Shown here one piece after another: positions 22,023 to 35,062 of a stretch of 64,000 nt of DNA; the first letter of the stretch is position 1; every line of letters starts with the position of its first letter. The position numbers and the translations under genes were made by a program. Source of the stretch: Octopus bimaculoides (taxonomy: Eukaryota); NCBI RefSeq assembly GCF_001194135.2, contig NC_068990.1, positions 79,580,415-79,644,414 of the forward strand, written 5' to 3'. The notes under the pieces were generated by a model, which was not told where the DNA came from, searched no databases, and was given only the letters and a program-made list of their open reading frames with translations.

Positions 22023-22260
22023 ATGTGCACAATACCGTCAGTGAATCTGAGATGATTTAGCATACATCCATTTATATTTATCCCTTTATCTGACCAATAT
22101 AAGTTTTTTAAATATTTTTCTAATACAGAGGTGAATAATTTGGGTGGTATGGTGTCTCCTTGTCTGATTCCTTTACTAGTTCTGGCATCAATCATTTTGT
22201 TTATTGTTGCTCTAATTCTGCAGTTGGTGTACACATTCTTTAATAACTTCAGATCAAGTC
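22023..22260 (-). mobile_element. RTE-type LINE RT fragment
   Basis: KGIRQGDTIPPKLFTSVLE..GININGCMLNHLRFTDGIV. Confidence 0.8.
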
Positions 22261-22840
22261 TCCTTTGATTCACTTTTCCTCCGATGCTCATCGTACATCA
22301 TCCATTTCCTCACAATCAAAAATCTACAGATGCTAAGCATAATGGTATGTTACAAGTTTGACATTTTCCCCTCGGTTGGTGTATAGCATGTATGTATGTC
22401 TATTGTGCTATAGTTTTTCCTGGAGCCTACCTGTTCTGCTGTAGTGCTCTCATCCAGCTTTCTCTCAATTCATTTTTGAAAATAATTAAATATCTGAAAT
22501 GGAATGCAAATAGCATGTTTAATGTCTTGTACATAATTATGTTGCAGTGTTTTGGTTTATAATAAACTAGTCGTTAGCAATTTAACTGGTAAAACGTTTA
22601 TTGACAATAATTTGTTGTTAGTGGTAAGTCTAGTAATTTAATATATTTAAAACAAAATTAGTGACAAAAAAAAAAAGAGAAATTAATTATATTATGAGTC
22701 ATTATTACTGTATGTGGGTTATGTTATTACTGTCATTCTAAAGGTTGTGAGCTGGCAGAATCATTAGCCTGCTTGGCAAAATGCTTCACAGCATCTTGTC
22801 TATTCATGTTCTGAGTTCAAATTCTGCTGAAGTTGACTTT

Positions 22841-23130
22841 TTAGTATGTGACTACAAAGTTGGTTGTTGTACAGATGTTGCAGGAACAATTCAGAATTAG
22901 CATTGAAACTGTGATGCTGTTGGTGTGGATTGCTGTCAAAGGTCGAAGTTCGGCCACATGGTGAATATTGCAGCAAGCGCTGTTGGTGTGCATAGTTGTT
23001 GAAGGTCCGGCCACATGGTGAATATTGCAGTGAAAGAATGTGAAAAGCAAAGGAAAAGTTTTTAACGAGGTTGCCAAAAGTTGTAAGCCATGATTAACAC
23101 AGCAGGTCAAAACTGGAATTGGAATTAATC
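22841..23130 (-). pseudogene. Possible hAT-like transposase remnant with ~57-bp internal duplication
   Basis: VLTCCVNHGLQL resembles the hAT CxxH-L-L motif; ggccacatggtgaatattgcag is duplicated at about 22952 and 23009. Support is weak. Confidence 0.3.
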
Positions 23131-23229
23131 CCAAGGGATTTAAATGCAAATCTCTGGCGTCGGTTCTCTTTCTATATTTTTTGTTTTGAGAATAGTCCAT
23201 TATGGAATATTCTAACAGTGGCGTCACCG

Positions 23230-23760
23230 ATTTTAGTGAGAGAGATAGTTGTTCACCAATTTAGTAGGAGAGGTGTTCAGTGTGAGAAAATGAAATTATC
23301 AGAAGCTGCTTTTGGGGGTTAACATAAGAGAGATTTATTTAAAGAGGATAACACGGTGTAACAAATAAAGGTAATTATGATTTTAACTCGTGTATAAGAA
23401 TGTGTGTGGCGACAGAAATAACGATCTGCTGGAGTGATGCTGTCAGAGAAAAGAGTTGTCTTACTAATGAGCAGCAAAAATCCATGCGTTGCGTGAAAGA
23501 GAAACTGCAATAAGTTGTTTCCAAGTGAGTGTATAAGTAACCAATCAGCGTATCGTTCCGTGTGACCGAAGTCACTGGACAGTTGATGATCGCTTGTTAA
23601 CTTTCCAGCTTCTAGGTAGCTATTGAATGTTTTTTTAAGTTTCCGTACCCTTCTTCTGGGCAGAGGTCGTCTTGTGTATCCCTCCGCCGCTAGCTTTTAA
23701 AGGGCAGAGGAATGCAGTACCAGTGTATTGTTACGCTGGGATGAAATAGTTTGATTGCCC
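23230..23760. promoter_or_regulatory. Unique, CpG-retaining segment; possible promoter/first exon
   Basis: Many CpGs relative to flanks, CCAAT box (aaccaatcag), plus-strand donor CAA|GTGAGT at 23525. Confidence 0.3.
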
Positions 23761-25120
23761 TTCTACAACTTCATCACCTCTCAAAATGGCTGGTCTTGTT
23801 CCAAAATAAGAAAGCATTATTACTGTCATTACATATTGTGTTGTATGAATAATTATTATATATTAGTCAATATGATAATAGGTTGATACCAGTTATATCA
23901 CTGTAACGTTAGGAGTATCTGGTTAGGAGACATTTTGGCACAGTTGTTTTGGTGCTGCTTATTTTGGTGTCACCGATTCCATGCTGACATGAGATGGTTT
24001 ACTGTTTCTCTTGTTCTCCCCTACATTTGTGTGTATTCGTGAAGGCACATGGCTTAGGGGTCAGGAGATATTCAGCTCAGGATTGTAAGGTCAGCAGTGG
24101 TGTGTTCTGTCTTTGAGCAAGACACTTTATTCCACATTGCTCCATTCTACTCAGCTGGCAAAAATGGATTGTACCTGTAATTCAAAGGGGCCAGCCTTGT
24201 CACATTCTGTGTGTCATGCTGAATCTTCCTGAAAACGACATTAGGGGCATGTTTGTCTTTGGAATACTCAGCCACCTTTGATCAGATCAACTGCAATCCT
24301 CATCATCATAACCAACAGAGGGCCAGTTATATTTGCCAAAATAAGTCCAGTCACCTCATTGCAGTGTCTCTAGTCTCCTAGATGGACATGTCCCCTGTTA
24401 AAAGTGATTGCAATCATTGTTTTCGCCCATTGATGAACACAATCACTCTTCTTCTATTCTTTTCTCTCTCTCTTTCTTCTATTTACATTTATGGCAGCTG
24501 CTACAGTTATCATCATCATCACCATATTAATAAGGAGACAAGCTGGCAGAATTGTTAGCATTGCTTATCGACATTTTGTCCATCTTCACATTTTGAGTTC
24601 AAATTCTACCAAGGTCAACAGAATAAGTACCAGTTGCACACTGGAGTCCTCGTAATCGACATAATCCCTCCCCTGAAATTGCTGGCCTTGTGCTAAAATT
24701 CGAATGCAGTATTATTTTTCTATATTTATAAAAGTACAAGGATAATAAATCATGTTGAATTAAATTCTGGTTTTTATTTCTTTCTTCATGGAGATTAAAC
24801 TGTTTTTGATCCATTTTTTTTTTCTTTGCCAAAATGGGTGGGCTGATTAATGAATGAATAATATTGTTAAAAGGCCACAAATAATTGAAGTCATAGCAAC
24901 AGAAAGACTGAACTGTAACTATGGAGAAATGGGAAATTCTAATGCCAAAGAACATTTACTGGTTGAGGTGTTTTAATTCTAAGAGTAACATGGAGTAGAA
25001 GTCAATGTGTGACATAGTGTTTAGTAAATTATTAAACAGATATGAGTTATTGTGTTATAACTAAAAATAAATTGTAATTAAATCATTATGAGTAGCAATA
25101 ACTTTCTGAATTATAATGTT

Positions 25121-25290
25121 TTAACCCTTTTGATACCAACCTACCTGAGACCAACACCTCTGGTCCTCTCAGACAAACCTGCTCTTTTAAAATGATGTGA
25201 ATTAAAACCTTCCGTCAAAATTTCATATAATTTATGTTCCAAACTCCAACTTAATGATAAACAAAGCTATTTTTACTAATTTCTTCAATA
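25121..25290 (+). mobile_element. piggyBac-derived MITE, truncated by a SINE
   Basis: TTAA|CCCTTTTGATACCAACCTACCTGAG terminus. Confidence 0.6.
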
Positions 25291-25499
25291 TTTTCAGTAT
25301 ATAGGTGCAGGCATGGCTGTTGCTTCCCAACCACATGGTTCTGGGTTCAGTTCCTCAGCGTGGCACTTTGGGCAAATGTCTTCTACTATAGTCTTGGATT
25401 GACCAAAGCTTTATGGACATATTTGGTAGACAGAAACTGAAAGAAGCCTGTCATATATATATATGACAAATAAAGTGAGATCAAAGCTGTAACCTACAC

Positions 25500-25960
25500 C
25501 AGTGTCACATAACCAGCCCACTCAAAAAGTACCTTTGGATCGTCAGGTGACATGCCGTGCTTGAGGAAACCTATTGAGTCAAGTATATCAACATCAAATC
25601 AAGTCACAATGAAATGGAAATTGTAGTTGTGATCCCCGTGCCGGTGGCACGTAAAAAGCACCATCCGAACGTGGCTGATGCCACCACCGCCTTCACTGGC
25701 TCTCGTACCGGTGGCACATAAAAAGTGCCATCCAATCGTGGTTGATGCCAGCCCCCTCTGGTCCCTGTACCAGTGACACTTAAAAAGCACCCACTACACT
25801 CTCAGAGTGGTCGGCGTTAGGAAGGGCATCCAGCTGTAGAAACTTTGCCAGATCAGATTGGAGCCTGGTGCAGCCTGCTGGCTTGCCAGTCCTCAGTCAA
25901 ACCATCCAACCCATGCCAGCATAGAAAGTGGACGTTAAACGACGACAATGATGATGATGA
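25500..25960 (+). mobile_element. SINE family C
   Basis: Core plus internal units plus gatgatgat tail; further copies at about 27560, 28030, 29740, 31800, 45490, 47210, 48470, 50320 and 60650. Confidence 0.75.
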
Positions 25961-27192
25961 TACATCATCTCAATAGAATGCCATATTAAGTCCTTTTCAG
26001 CTATTTCCTGCCTTCAAAGGATTAACTAATTTGGTTTTATATCCAACCCCCACCTGACCAACTGCAATAGATTCACAAGTCACATTCATTTATTCATATT
26101 GGGGAGTTGATAACATAACACACATACCTCTCCTTCACAGTAGTAGTAGTAGTAGTGTTGAGTATCAGGGGATTGTTCTATTTTACTTCTTCACTTTAAA
26201 CACAAGTCATACTTTCGTATATTTTCTAATTAATCCTTGATCACTTTTTGTGAGTTCTACTTTGCCTGGACAAATCAAGTTCACAGTGAGTGTCACTATT
26301 ACACGCACAGACTGTGTGTGTGAAAGCCATGTATGTATATATATATAATGTGTGTGTGTGTGTATGTAATCAATTCAACACTTCAGTATTGATAAATCGA
26401 TTCTTTCAAGCAATGTTTATTTAGTATCATAAAAAGAGTGAGGTTGGATTAAACCAACAGAGAAACTCCTCTCCCACTGCTTTGGTCTCAAAATAACTTC
26501 TCACTGTCACCAGTCAATCCTGGAGGTGACAACTTAAGACTACATTAATCAGGTAGATCTCGTCATAAGGCTTAATCCAGATAAAGATTAATGGAACAAG
26601 GAAACTTAATCAAGAGAGATGTCTTTGTAGCAATGCTTTGTAGCTTATCAGTAGCCACTTGGTGCTGTTAGCTTTTGTCTCTTGTCAGGAGTTCAGGCCA
26701 TTGAGTGAGACAAGCTGTCCACCATACACCACACATACATTGAGGTAAACAGAAAGACAGCTAAATAAATAAGGAAAGCAAAGCATTGGGATATTTGCTC
26801 AACTATTTTCTTAATCATCACAAAGAAAATAATTGAAATGGTGATGGTGGTGGAGGATTGAGTCTGTGAGAGACAGAAAAATAGTAAAGTATTTTTCACT
26901 CCAATATTTTACTTCTCTTGTATTTAAGGTTCCGAGCTAACAGAATCGTCAGCACACCGGACAAAATGCTTAGCAGTATTTCGTCTGCCATTTTGTTCTT
27001 AGCTGAAATTCTGCTGAGGTCAACTTTGCCTTTCATCCTTTCGAGAATCGATAAATTAAGTACCAGTTACACACTGGGGTCGATGTAATCGACTTAATCC
27101 CTTTCTCTGTTCTTGTTTAGCCCCTTGTGGGCAATAAAGAAATGAATATTTTACTTGCATTTTATAATTATGAGAAAGAAAGAAGCCCATTC

Positions 27193-27283
<91 letters not shown>

Positions 27284-27962
27284 TGCTCCTTGTTATGGTT
27301 GTGAAAACGAGTGTTACCGTCTTAAGTGATGTCACTCATTTGCAATCATCCATGAAATGCATCTCTGTTCATGGAGGGAAATATTAACTTCCTTGGAAAC
27401 AGTTGTGGGGGAGTTGGTGACAGGAAAGGCATCCTGTCTTAAGGTGGGGGAGGAAAAAAAGCTGATTAGATAATTCACAAATGCTACACCTGGTATGGCT
27501 CTATACACCCTTTCTTCTTCCTCATCATCATCATCTAGCATCTGCTTTCTATGATGGCATGGGTTGGATGGTTTGACTGGGGACTGGCAAGGCTGGAGAG
27601 CTGCACTAAGTTCCAGTCTGATTTGGCATGGTTTCTAAGGCTGGAGGCCCTTCCTAATGCCAACCACACCAAGAGTGTAAAGGGTGCTTTTTACGTGACA
27701 CCAGCATCAACCATAACTATGATTTCACTTGGCTTGATGAGTCTTCTCAAAGGCACCATATTGCCAAAAGTGTGTCGGTCACTTACCACCTCTTTTCCTG
27801 TCCATTTGTCTGTTTCTTTATGTTGTTATTCTGTGTATTGTGCACATTGCTTCCAGCTTTCATTGTTTTCCTCTTTCTTTACTTATGCATCTGCTCTCTG
27901 GCCCTTCTTTGAACCTTTACTAACAAGTTGTTGTGCATCTGAACACTATACAATAAGCTCAT

Positions 27963-27999
<37 letters not shown>

Positions 28000-28722
28000 C
28001 ACATAAAAAAAGCCCTGGTGCTTGTGCTACGTAAAATGCATGTAGCACACCCTGTAAAGTGGTTGGCATTAGGAAGAGTATCTAACTGTAGGGACCATGC
28101 TAAAACAGACGATGGAGCCTGGTGTGACCCCTGGCCTTACCAGCTCCCGTCAAACTGTCCAACCCATGCCAGCATGAAAAACACACATTAAATGATCATG
28201 ATGATGATATATGTAATTGGCTTGCCAGATTCTTGATATGAATTCATGTGTTGAAACATGTTGTTGTATTTGGGGTGGGTCAATATTCTTTTATTCTTTT
28301 ACTTGTTTCAGTCATTTGACTACAGCCATGCTGGAGCACTGCCTTAAAATTATGTTAATAAACACACATTTTCTATTTCACTTCTATATTTGTTTATTGG
28401 TTAACTATTTAATCAATTAATTGTTGACTGACCAGATGATTAATCAAATATCTGATTAGTTAACCAGTTGACAAATGAAAAAATAGAGTGATAGTGTGTA
28501 TGTCTATTGACATAACGATCCTCCCAAAATACAACTATATGTTACATATTTATTATATCATACCTTGATACTGTGTTGAGTAAGACCCCCGTTGACAGGC
28601 CACTGGTATTTATAGTATTAAACACTTTCGGTATGCAAATTAGGGACTCCTTCATAGAGTAACTGCTGCATTTGTTGAATATATAAACAGTTTGGCTGCT
28701 TGTTTCTCAGAATGATGTAGAT

Positions 28723-28765
28723 GCCTCTGATGAGAACCCAATAAGGTTTGAAAATCAATTAAGGT
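28723..28765 (+). ncRNA. Minimal type I hammerhead ribozyme motif
   Basis: GCCU-CUGAUGA-GAACC(CAAUAA)GGUUU-GAAA-AU(CA)AU-UA-AGGU: intact core, stems I and II, short stem III, UUA cleavage triplet. Confidence 0.6.
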
Positions 28766-31256
28766 TCTTCATAATTTTTTTAGTCTGCAGAGAAATGGCT
28801 AAAAACTTGTCCTGTTTATAAATTATACCATATGTTACATAAATATATGTACATATACACACACGCGTGCCCCTAAAAAGACAGGATGGTCTTTGATTAT
28901 AGATCTGCTAATTTGAGCCTGACCTGGGTGGGGGAAATTTTAGAATCAATACCCAAAGAAAATTACATCCATTTTTATGTTCTGTTGAGAATTTTGTAAT
29001 ATGGGAAAGGATACATGAATAGTATCAAAGAAATAAGTTAAGCACTTTCAACCAGGAATTGAAAGTGTGTCATGGACTTAACTAAGAACCCATTATACCA
29101 CACTATCTACAATGTACATGAGCCAGTACAATGATTTCACAATGCACTAGAATGACACATTCCATGAGTCATTGAACACAATCATAGCAATATTTTTCAC
29201 CAAGTTATGATAAAAAAGATCTCATATTCAGTTAAAATTATATCCATAATTATATTAAGTCTAATAATTAAGAAGATCAATTTCTTATATTCTGTACAAA
29301 TGAATGTGTTATTCTTGGGACACCAACACAATTTTTGCTGTAGAGTTAAAAAGCATCAAGGCATTTTACCAAAAGTAACTGTTGTCATATGTTGTTGTGC
29401 AAAGACAAAATAGGAACCCAGTTTCAGTTCAGAAGTCCTGTTGTGTAAAAACTACAATAAGCATTCCATTTGCAGTCTAATGGTATCATTTGGGTATTCT
29501 TTTCGTAAAACTTACTACAAATGTCTACAACCCTTCCACTGCAACATTCTTCTTCCAAAATTACTAAAGAGATCCATTTGAGTTTCCTTCACTGACAAAG
29601 ATTGATACAGACATCAGAGTTTGTCATTTTCTGCCTTCCTGTATGGCCCCTGTTATTACATTACAAAAATATAGTTTATGCACCTATCGAGTTTTGTGTC
29701 CAACGTCGTCTCCTTCATTGGACACAAAACTCGGCTTGCTAAGACCTGTTGGGGCAAGCGAAATCGTGATGGCACCTGTGCCCAGCGTCGCCTTCCTGGC
29801 ACGTGTAAAGACATTCGAGCGAGATCGTTGCCAGTGCCGCTGGACTGGCTCCTGTGCATGTGGCACGTAAAATACACCATTTTGAGTGTGGCTGTTGCCA
29901 GTACCATCTGACTGGCCTTCGTGCTGGTGGCATGTAAAAGCACCCACTACACTCTCAGAGTGGTTGATGTTAGGAAGGGCATCCAGCTGTAGAAACTCTG
30001 CCAAACCAGACTGGAGCCTGGTGTAACCATCTGGTTCATCAGTCCTCAGTCAAATCGTCCAACCTATGCTAGCATGGAAGGCGGACGTTAAACGATGATA
30101 ATGATGATGAAGAAAGAAGAGATACGCTTTGGAGCTAATCTATTGATCAATGTGAAATCTAGGTACATTTAGCATTTCCATTTTTCTTTCTTAAGTTGCC
30201 AAATTGCAGTCTTCAGTCAGGTGTCAGAATATCAAAATATCTCAACTCTTCAAGGAAGGTCAATTTAAAGGTCAAAAATGGATTTGTGTCAAGATTTTAG
30301 TTTAAAAAAAGTATGTGCCTCTTTTCTTGCATGTCCACTTTTCCCAAAAAAAAGTCAAAATCATTTATAAAAGTCTGCATGAAGTCCTTTTTTTGCCCAT
30401 TGTAGGGGGTTTAAGTCAGGATGATCCAGGAAGAGTGTTTCTGATGATGAATCTGCTTATTCTGGAATTACCTAGGGCTAAAAAACATTCTTTAATGTTG
30501 TAAGACATTAATGGTAGGTGGCTTGTTTCATAAAATAAATTAGATTCCTTCATTAGTTAACGAAGCAGAACTCATTTGAACTTATTTGATAGCGCATTCA
30601 TATATATTTGGTGTGTGTGTATCTATATATATATATATGTATACAGACCATTTAGTGTGTATATATGTGTCTATATACACCGAACAGATTTAATGACTAT
30701 AAATTTGATTTATTCTCTTCCAAGGACATGCTCATTCATGTTTACAGACTTAGTTTAATAATCACAGCAACCACTCAAACCACGTTAGCAGTCATACCCT
30801 CCCTGAACAAAAAGCAACAATTAGTCCTCTTGATTTACAACCTTTACCAAATGACTTTAAAGTGGGGCACACAAACGGAAATGTCCATTACAGTTACAAG
30901 AAGACAAGTGAGTGAAGGAGTTTCAGTTGAGCCCAATATGATGAGGTGTCTGTTTAATGGCATGGAATCATCTGGTGGGAATTTTTCTGTAATATCTTAG
31001 TGGGCTGGACATTACATGACCTACTCACAGTTCACATGAGTTGCTCATTTACTCAGTAATATCACTCACTACTTCATCAACAATTACCAAAATCAAATCC
31101 TTGTTGTCTTCAAGGCTTTTAAAATTCTGATTCTTGGTTGGGTCACTAGGGCACTGACCAACAGGTCAGTAGTTCATACCCTATCAAAGCCACAATTAGA
31201 GTTACCTTTGGCTGGCACATTTAACAGCAATGCTAGTAGCATTGTGAAGTTAGTGT

Positions 31257-31655
31257 ATAACCCTTTTGTTACCAACCTGACTGAAACCAGTTCTGGCACA
31301 GAGTACAAATGTCTTGTTTTCATAAGTTTTCAATTAAAATCTTCCACCAAACTTTAGTCACGATTTATGTTCCTAACACTAGCTGATGATAACTAAGTTA
31401 TTTTACTAAATCCTTTGTTATATTTAAAATTAATTGAAAGAAACACAGAACATCTCAACAGAAATATGGTAAGAAAAGGGTTAAAATATATAATATTGAT
31501 ACAATTCTTAACCCTTTCGATACCAACCTGGCTGAAACTGCCTCTGGCTCTGAGTACAAATGTCTTGTTTTCATAAGTTTTGAATTAAAATCTTCCACCA
31601 AACCTTAGTCATAATTTATGTTCCTAACACTAGTTTAATGATAACTAAATTATCC
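31257..31655 (+). mobile_element. Two tandem piggyBac-derived MITEs (complete 31261-31480; partial from 31512)
   Basis: ATAA|CCCTTTTGTTACC..GGTAAGAAAAGGG|TTAA; the second copy starts TTAA|CCCTTTCGATACCAACCTGGCTGA. Confidence 0.8.
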
Positions 31656-33024
31656 AGCATGATCTTGGCTATGATGACTTAGACTTAAAAGGAAAATGAG
31701 GGATCTTTAGTTTAAGAGGATGACTAGCCAAAACCCTTTCAATGTGGGAACAGTGTGAAAAATAAGGAGCAGGACAGATTCTCGTGTAAGAACATGATCA
31801 TCATCATTGTTTAACGTCCGCTTTCCATGCTAGCATGGGTTGGACGATTTGACTGAGGACTGGTGAACCAGATGGCTACACCAGGTTCCAATCTGATTTG
31901 GCACTCCAAGAGTGTAGTGGGTGCTTTTACGTGCCACCAGCACGAAAGCCAGTCAGGAGGTACTGGCAACGGCCACACTCGAAATGGTGTATTTTACGTG
32001 CCACCTGCACAGGAGCCAGTCCAGTGGCACTGGCAACGAACACAATAATGTAGTCCAAGATACATTTTGATCTGGTTCTACAAGATTGTACGAGGTTTTT
32101 TTGTTTTAGTATAAGACCAGGCAGAAAATATGTGTGATTTGTTACAAGAGAAATTCATTTTCGATTGGTGAATTGTTCTTATTGATCATTTACCAAAGTG
32201 ACAGAAATATATGAATGGTAGTTCTATATTATATGTATTTGATGAGGTCAACAAATATATTGTAAGGTATAAGGATTTGAGATAAAGTGATGAGTAGCAG
32301 TGATAGGAGGAATTTATATAGAGGGTAGCAGACAGCAGAGTAGTAGCAACCCAGGTTCTGTAAAATAGTGTCAATACAGGAAAATGTCTGCATAACAGAA
32401 CCTCTTCTCATATACACACTTTCACAAGTTCTACTCTCTCTCTGCTATTGAGAACGTCTTCTGGTCGAAAAGGCTAAAGATGTTCACTCTTTGCAATCTT
32501 ACAATCAACTGATGCGGTGAGAATAAAGTAGCAGACAGTCAACTAGTGTGCCATCTTTGTCCAGCACTTACACGTGGTCGAAATGACACTTCAGTGCTTT
32601 TTTGGTGTAAATTTATTTCTGTATTTACATTATGCCATGGAATTTAGGTTACTTTTTCATGCCCCACTCTAGTGTAGTCTTCAAATTCAGGAGAACAAAT
32701 TCCATTTTAGCTACAGTTGAACAGTAACCTAGTCGTAAAATAGTTTTTTATATACCCCTTCCCTCCCCCACAAGAAAAAGAAAAGGAAAATAAAAGAGAG
32801 ACCAATTCCCATGTCATTTGAAACCTTTTGTTGCCATATTCCTGTTGAAATACATGGTTGTTGTTACAATGAATTTAGTAAAATAACCCAAGTTAAACAA
32901 ACAATTGATTAGTTAGTTGGATAATTAACCACTTGACTCATAATAAAGAAGTGAAATTGAACCAGTGCCTGTGTTAATAATATTGGTACAGTGACCCTCC
33001 TTAGACAACAAAATTTTGTCATTA

Positions 33025-33753
33025 TTAACCCTTTAGCATTGAAGATGGCCATATCTAGCCCAAATATTCTGTTTTTTGTTCAAAGCAGCCAGATCTGGCC
33101 TTTCACACCTACCCTACAATGTCATCTTAAAAATAAAGTTACATCATCAAAATCTCAAAGCTGTGAGATAATTGCATGATTAATTAAAAATAATAAACTC
33201 TGCTTGCGAAGACCTGTTGGGGCAAGTGAAATCGAAATTGAACCAAATTCGATGACTGGCACCCGTGCCAGTGGAGCGCTAACAGCACCGTCCGAGCGTG
33301 ATCATTGACAGAGCAGTTGTCTGGCTTCCGTACTGGTGGCACGTAAAAAGCACCATTTGAGCATGATTGTTACCAGCATTGCCTTACTGGCATGTAAACA
33401 AAACATTCAGGCGAGGTTGTTGCTAGTGCCGCTGGACTGACACCTGTACAGATGGCACGTAAAAAACACCATTTGAGCATGGCCATTGCCAGTACCGCCT
33501 GACTGGCCCTCGTGCCAGTGGCACGTAAAAGCACCCACTACACTCTTGGAGTGGTTGGCGTTAGGAAGGGCATCCAGCTGTAGAAACTCTGCCAGATCAG
33601 ATTGGAGCCTGGTGTAGCCTTCTGGTTCGCCAGTCCTCATTCAAATTATCCAACCCATGCTAGCATGGAAAGCGGGCGTTAAACGATGATGATGAGGAAT
33701 ATGAATATATAAGCATTACATTTAATAGAGCAATTGGAGTGCTGAAGGGTTAA
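33025..33753 (+). mobile_element. piggyBac-type MITE with a nested family C SINE (about 33198-33695)
   Basis: TTAA|CCCTTTAGCA..TGCTGAAGGG|TTAA termini with TTAA target duplication. Confidence 0.75.
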
Positions 33754-34245
33754 ATTGAGGTTTAGAAATAAATTAACATGGAATCTTGATGGAAGATTTT
33801 AATTTAGATCCCTTAAAAACAGGAAGTCTGCATCATAGAACCAGGGGTGACCTTGTGTTGAGTATCAAAAGGGTTAAAGCCCTCCAATGAATAAGGTTAA
33901 CGAATCTTTTGAATTCATGCTGGTTAATAAATAAAGGGAAAACCTAAACATACAGGAAATTACATACTATTCGTAGGTAATAAGCTTGGGTCTGGGTTCA
34001 GTCCCACAGAGCGGCACCTTGGACAAGTGTCTTCTACTATAGTCTTGGGCTGACCAAAGCCTTGTGAGTAGATTTGGCAGACGGAAACTAAAAGAAGCCC
34101 GTCACACACACACACACATATATATATCTCTGTGTGTCTGTCCCACCACCACCACCACTTGATAACCAGTGTTGGCATGTTTATGTCCCTGTAACTTAGC
34201 AGTTCAGCAAAAGATACCAATAGAATAAGTATAAGGCTTATATAC

Positions 34246-34286
<41 letters not shown>

Positions 34287-34590
34287 NNNNNNNNNNNNNN
34301 NNNNNNNNNNNNNNNNNNNNNNNNNNNNNNNNNNNNNNNNNNNNNNNNNNNNNNNNNNNNNNNNNNNNNNNNNNNNNNNNNNNNNNNNNNNNNNNNNNNN
34401 NNNNNNNNNNNNNNNNNNNNNNNNNNNNNNNNNNNNNNNNNNNNNNNNNNNNNNNNNNNNNNNNNNNNNNNNNNNNNNNNNNNNNNNNNNNNNNNNNNNN
34501 NNNNNNNNNNNNNNNNNNNNNNNNNNNNNNNNNNNNNNNNNNNNNNNNNNNNNNNNNNNNNNNNNNNNNNNNNNNNAGCTGAAAAGAAGG

Positions 34591-34816
34591 CATTATTTAC
34601 ATTTGATAGATATTTATCCTCATCTTGCTTGTTAACACGTTTCGGTTGATATACCTTCCAGCCTTCATGAGGTGTCTCGGGGGAAATTTTGAACCTGGAT
34701 TCTCATTCCTAAGGTATTTTTCTGATGTTATTATTATTATTCAGGTCACTGCCTGGAATCGAACTCAGAATCTTGGGGTTAGTAGCCCGCGCTTTTAAAC
34801 ACTACGCTATATGCGC
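34591..34816 (-). mobile_element. tRNA-Arg-derived SINE with hammerhead-like 3' part (left arm of palindrome)
   Basis: A box tagcgtagtg, B box gagttcgattcc; (AAT)n linker; hammerhead core mutated to CUCAUGA. Confidence 0.8.
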
Positions 34817-34818
34817 AA

Positions 34819-35062
34819 GGGCATATTGCGTAGTGGTTAAGATTCCAAGTTCAATTCCAGGTAGTGACCTGAATAATAATAATAATAATAATATCGAAAA
34901 ATACCTTAGGAATGAGAACCCAGGTTTGAGATTTCCTCAAGACACCTGATGAAGGCTGGAGGGTATATCAGCCGAAACGTGTTAACAATAAACACAATGA
35001 GGACAAATATCTGTCAAATGTAAATAATGTACATAATTCCTCATCCCTCAAATATAGGACTG
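34819..35062 (+). mobile_element. tRNA-Arg-derived SINE with hammerhead-like 3' part (right arm of palindrome)
   Basis: gggcatattgcgtagtggttaa head lacking the anticodon arm; CTGATGA-aggctg..cagcc-GAAAC at 34946-34978. Confidence 0.8.

Noticed and set aside
29643-30004. Recurrent ORFs such as MAEFLQLDALPN..ESVVGAFTC in several places
   Set aside because: Chance frames within family C SINE copies, not a gene family.
34740-34870. tRNA genes
   Set aside because: The heads have A/B boxes but broken acceptor and anticodon stems and continue into SINE bodies; no functional tRNA was found in the window.
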